A stretch of DNA of 63,876 nucleotides, counting the filler, from an uncultured bacterium (GTDB lineage Bacteria; Latescibacterota; UBA2968), in the NCBI GenBank assembly GCA_964471275.1. It is 3 parts of 3 records of this genome, joined end to end, with 100 filler letters (N's around TTAATTAATTAA, not from the genome) between each part and the next. Parts side by side here need not be neighbours in the genome. Positions count along the whole stretch, not along the records: positions 47,471 to 63,876 come from CAYYGZ010000092.1; 2 more parts are not named here. One strand, 5' to 3'. Made by a program: the position numbers and the translations under genes. Numbering within the stretch: the first letter of the stretch is position 1; every line of letters begins with the position of its first letter. The notes under the pieces are model-generated. The model did not search any database. It worked only from the letters and a program-made list of their open reading frames with translations, and was not told where the DNA came from. Shown here in pieces: positions 62,641 to 63,876 of this stretch.

Positions 62641-63062
62641 CAGCGTCGTAGGACACGGTCCAGATTGCGTTGCTCTCTCCGGCTCAGAACCGTGTTGATC
62701 CGAGGCCACAGCTCCCGCTCAAGCTTTCTCATCTGTGCCTTTGCGAATGCCCAGGCCTTCTCCTCGCGTGCTTCTTTCAACGCGGCTCTACGCTGCGAGT
62801 AGGCTTCGACAAGGATGGGCTTGAGCAAGGCGCTCTTTTCGGGATCGATCTGCATCCCGAGAGTCAGTTCCGCCCAGATATCTGCTACGGGCAGAGCCTG
62901 GTGCGCCCGCATCATGTCACGCCTCTCCTGGAGATTCCCTTCAGTCCTTATTCCCGGCGGTAGATTCCCGCCACCACCGCCACCACCCCGTCTTCGCTGG
63001 GCTTCTGATGAGGTAACAATCACGCAGACAAGTAGAGCAAGCGTCAGCAATCGTTTGAGCAT
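62640..63062 (-). CDS. Secreted helical protein (Spy/CpxP-like architecture)
   Basis: GGAGG RBS, signal peptide MLKRLLTLALLVC, Gly-rich linker and LSRREQ (LTxxQ-like). Confidence 0.65.
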   Translation of the reverse strand: MLKRLLTLALLVCVIVTSSEAQRRRGGGGGGGNLPPGIRTEGNLQERRDMMRAHQALPVADIWAELTLGMQIDPEKSALLKPILVEAYSQRRAALKEAREEKAWAFAKAQMRKLERELWPRINTVLSRREQRNLDRVLRR

Positions 63063-63187
63063 GTGAGCCTCCCATAGGCTTTCAGAGCCAATCCGAACCT
63101 GAACCCTCAATTTACAATTTCCCAATTGACATTTCAATCCCATCTTTCTCACTCTGACGGTTCCGACACACACATTTGAGGTCCTCT

Positions 63188-63876
63188 ATGAAAATCGTCG
63201 ATCTGCAAGTCATCTCATTCCGAGTTTCCCGGCGCCCCTACAGACACGGCAAGTTCCTGGACGAGACCTTCGTGACTCAGACGCTTACCAAGGTCATCAC
63301 CGATGAGGGGGCCGAGGGCTACTACTTTGGTGGAAGCGGACACGGCGATCAAGATGGCATGACTGCCGATCAGGTCGGGATCGTCACGGGTCGATTGAAG
63401 CAGATGCTCGTAGGCCAGGACGCGTTCGACCGCGAGAAATTCTGGCACTGGATGTGGGTGGCCAACATCCCTGAGAACCTGCTCAGCGTGATCGACAATG
63501 TACTGTGGGATCTACAGGCTCGCGCTTTCGGCGTGCCCGTTCACAAGCTGCTCGGCGGGTGTCGTGAAAAGGTAAAGGCCTACGGGAGCACCTTCCCGAA
63601 CATGGGAATGCCGGAGGAATACGCCGCGCACGCGTTGCAATGTAAGAACGAAGGCTACCAGAATTACAAAATCCATCCCTACTACTTCTGGAACCCCGAA
63701 ACCGGGAAAACGGCTCAGGGCCGACCGTCTCACGTCGAGTGGGACATCAAGTGCTGTCAGGCCGTACGCGATGCTGTTGGTGATGAGATGATTCTCACCT
63801 ACGACCCGTGGGGAACCTACCGAACCTATGAGGATGCGTTTCTCGTCGGACGTGAACTCGAGCGTCTTGGCTTCTA
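63188..63876 (+). CDS. Mandelate racemase/enolase-superfamily protein, runs off the window
   Basis: GAGG RBS; manual translation MKIVDLQV...VITDEG...IDNVLWDLQAR..GVPVHKLLGG...YKIHP. Confidence 0.88.
   Translation, partial: MKIVDLQVISFRVSRRPYRHGKFLDETFVTQTLTKVITDEGAEGYYFGGSGHGDQDGMTADQVGIVTGRLKQMLVGQDAFDREKFWHWMWVANIPENLLSVIDNVLWDLQARAFGVPVHKLLGGCREKVKAYGSTFPNMGMPEEYAAHALQCKNEGYQNYKIHPYYFWNPETGKTAQGRPSHVEWDIKCCQAVRDAVGDEMILTYDPWGTYRTYEDAFLVGRELERLGF

Overview
Bacterial DNA of about 60% GC, probably from a metagenome-assembled genome. The cohesin/dockerin proteins with FlgD-Ig C-terminal domains (CTDs) and the sugar-acid catabolism genes suggest a Latescibacterota/Gemmatimonadota-like lineage (inference). 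The window is three contigs joined by artificial N-TTAATTAATTAA-N linkers: 1-23673, 23774-47370 and 47471-63876. Contigs 1 and 3 carry carbohydrate, sugar-acid and housekeeping genes (heparinase II/III-like, PL8, GH127, GH4, sulfatase, enolase-family dehydratases, glgA, typA, surE) with many eroded pseudogenes. Contig 2 holds the most interesting locus. It begins with an ~850-nt non-coding region densely packed with + strand stems, then a boxA-like sequence and an orphan strong Shine-Dalgarno. These precede a ~1770-aa secreted cohesin/dockerin protein with an FlgD-type sorting domain. A sigma54-type promoter then precedes an operon encoding a second CTD surface protein, lipoproteins, a putative beta-barrel, an HNH protein, a priming phosphoglycosyltransferase and two O-antigen-ligase/TPR proteins. 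Together this is a candidate system for secreting, assembling and glycosylating a surface layer, with an RNA-based leader. All calls come from reading motifs by eye; no database searches or folding computations were run.
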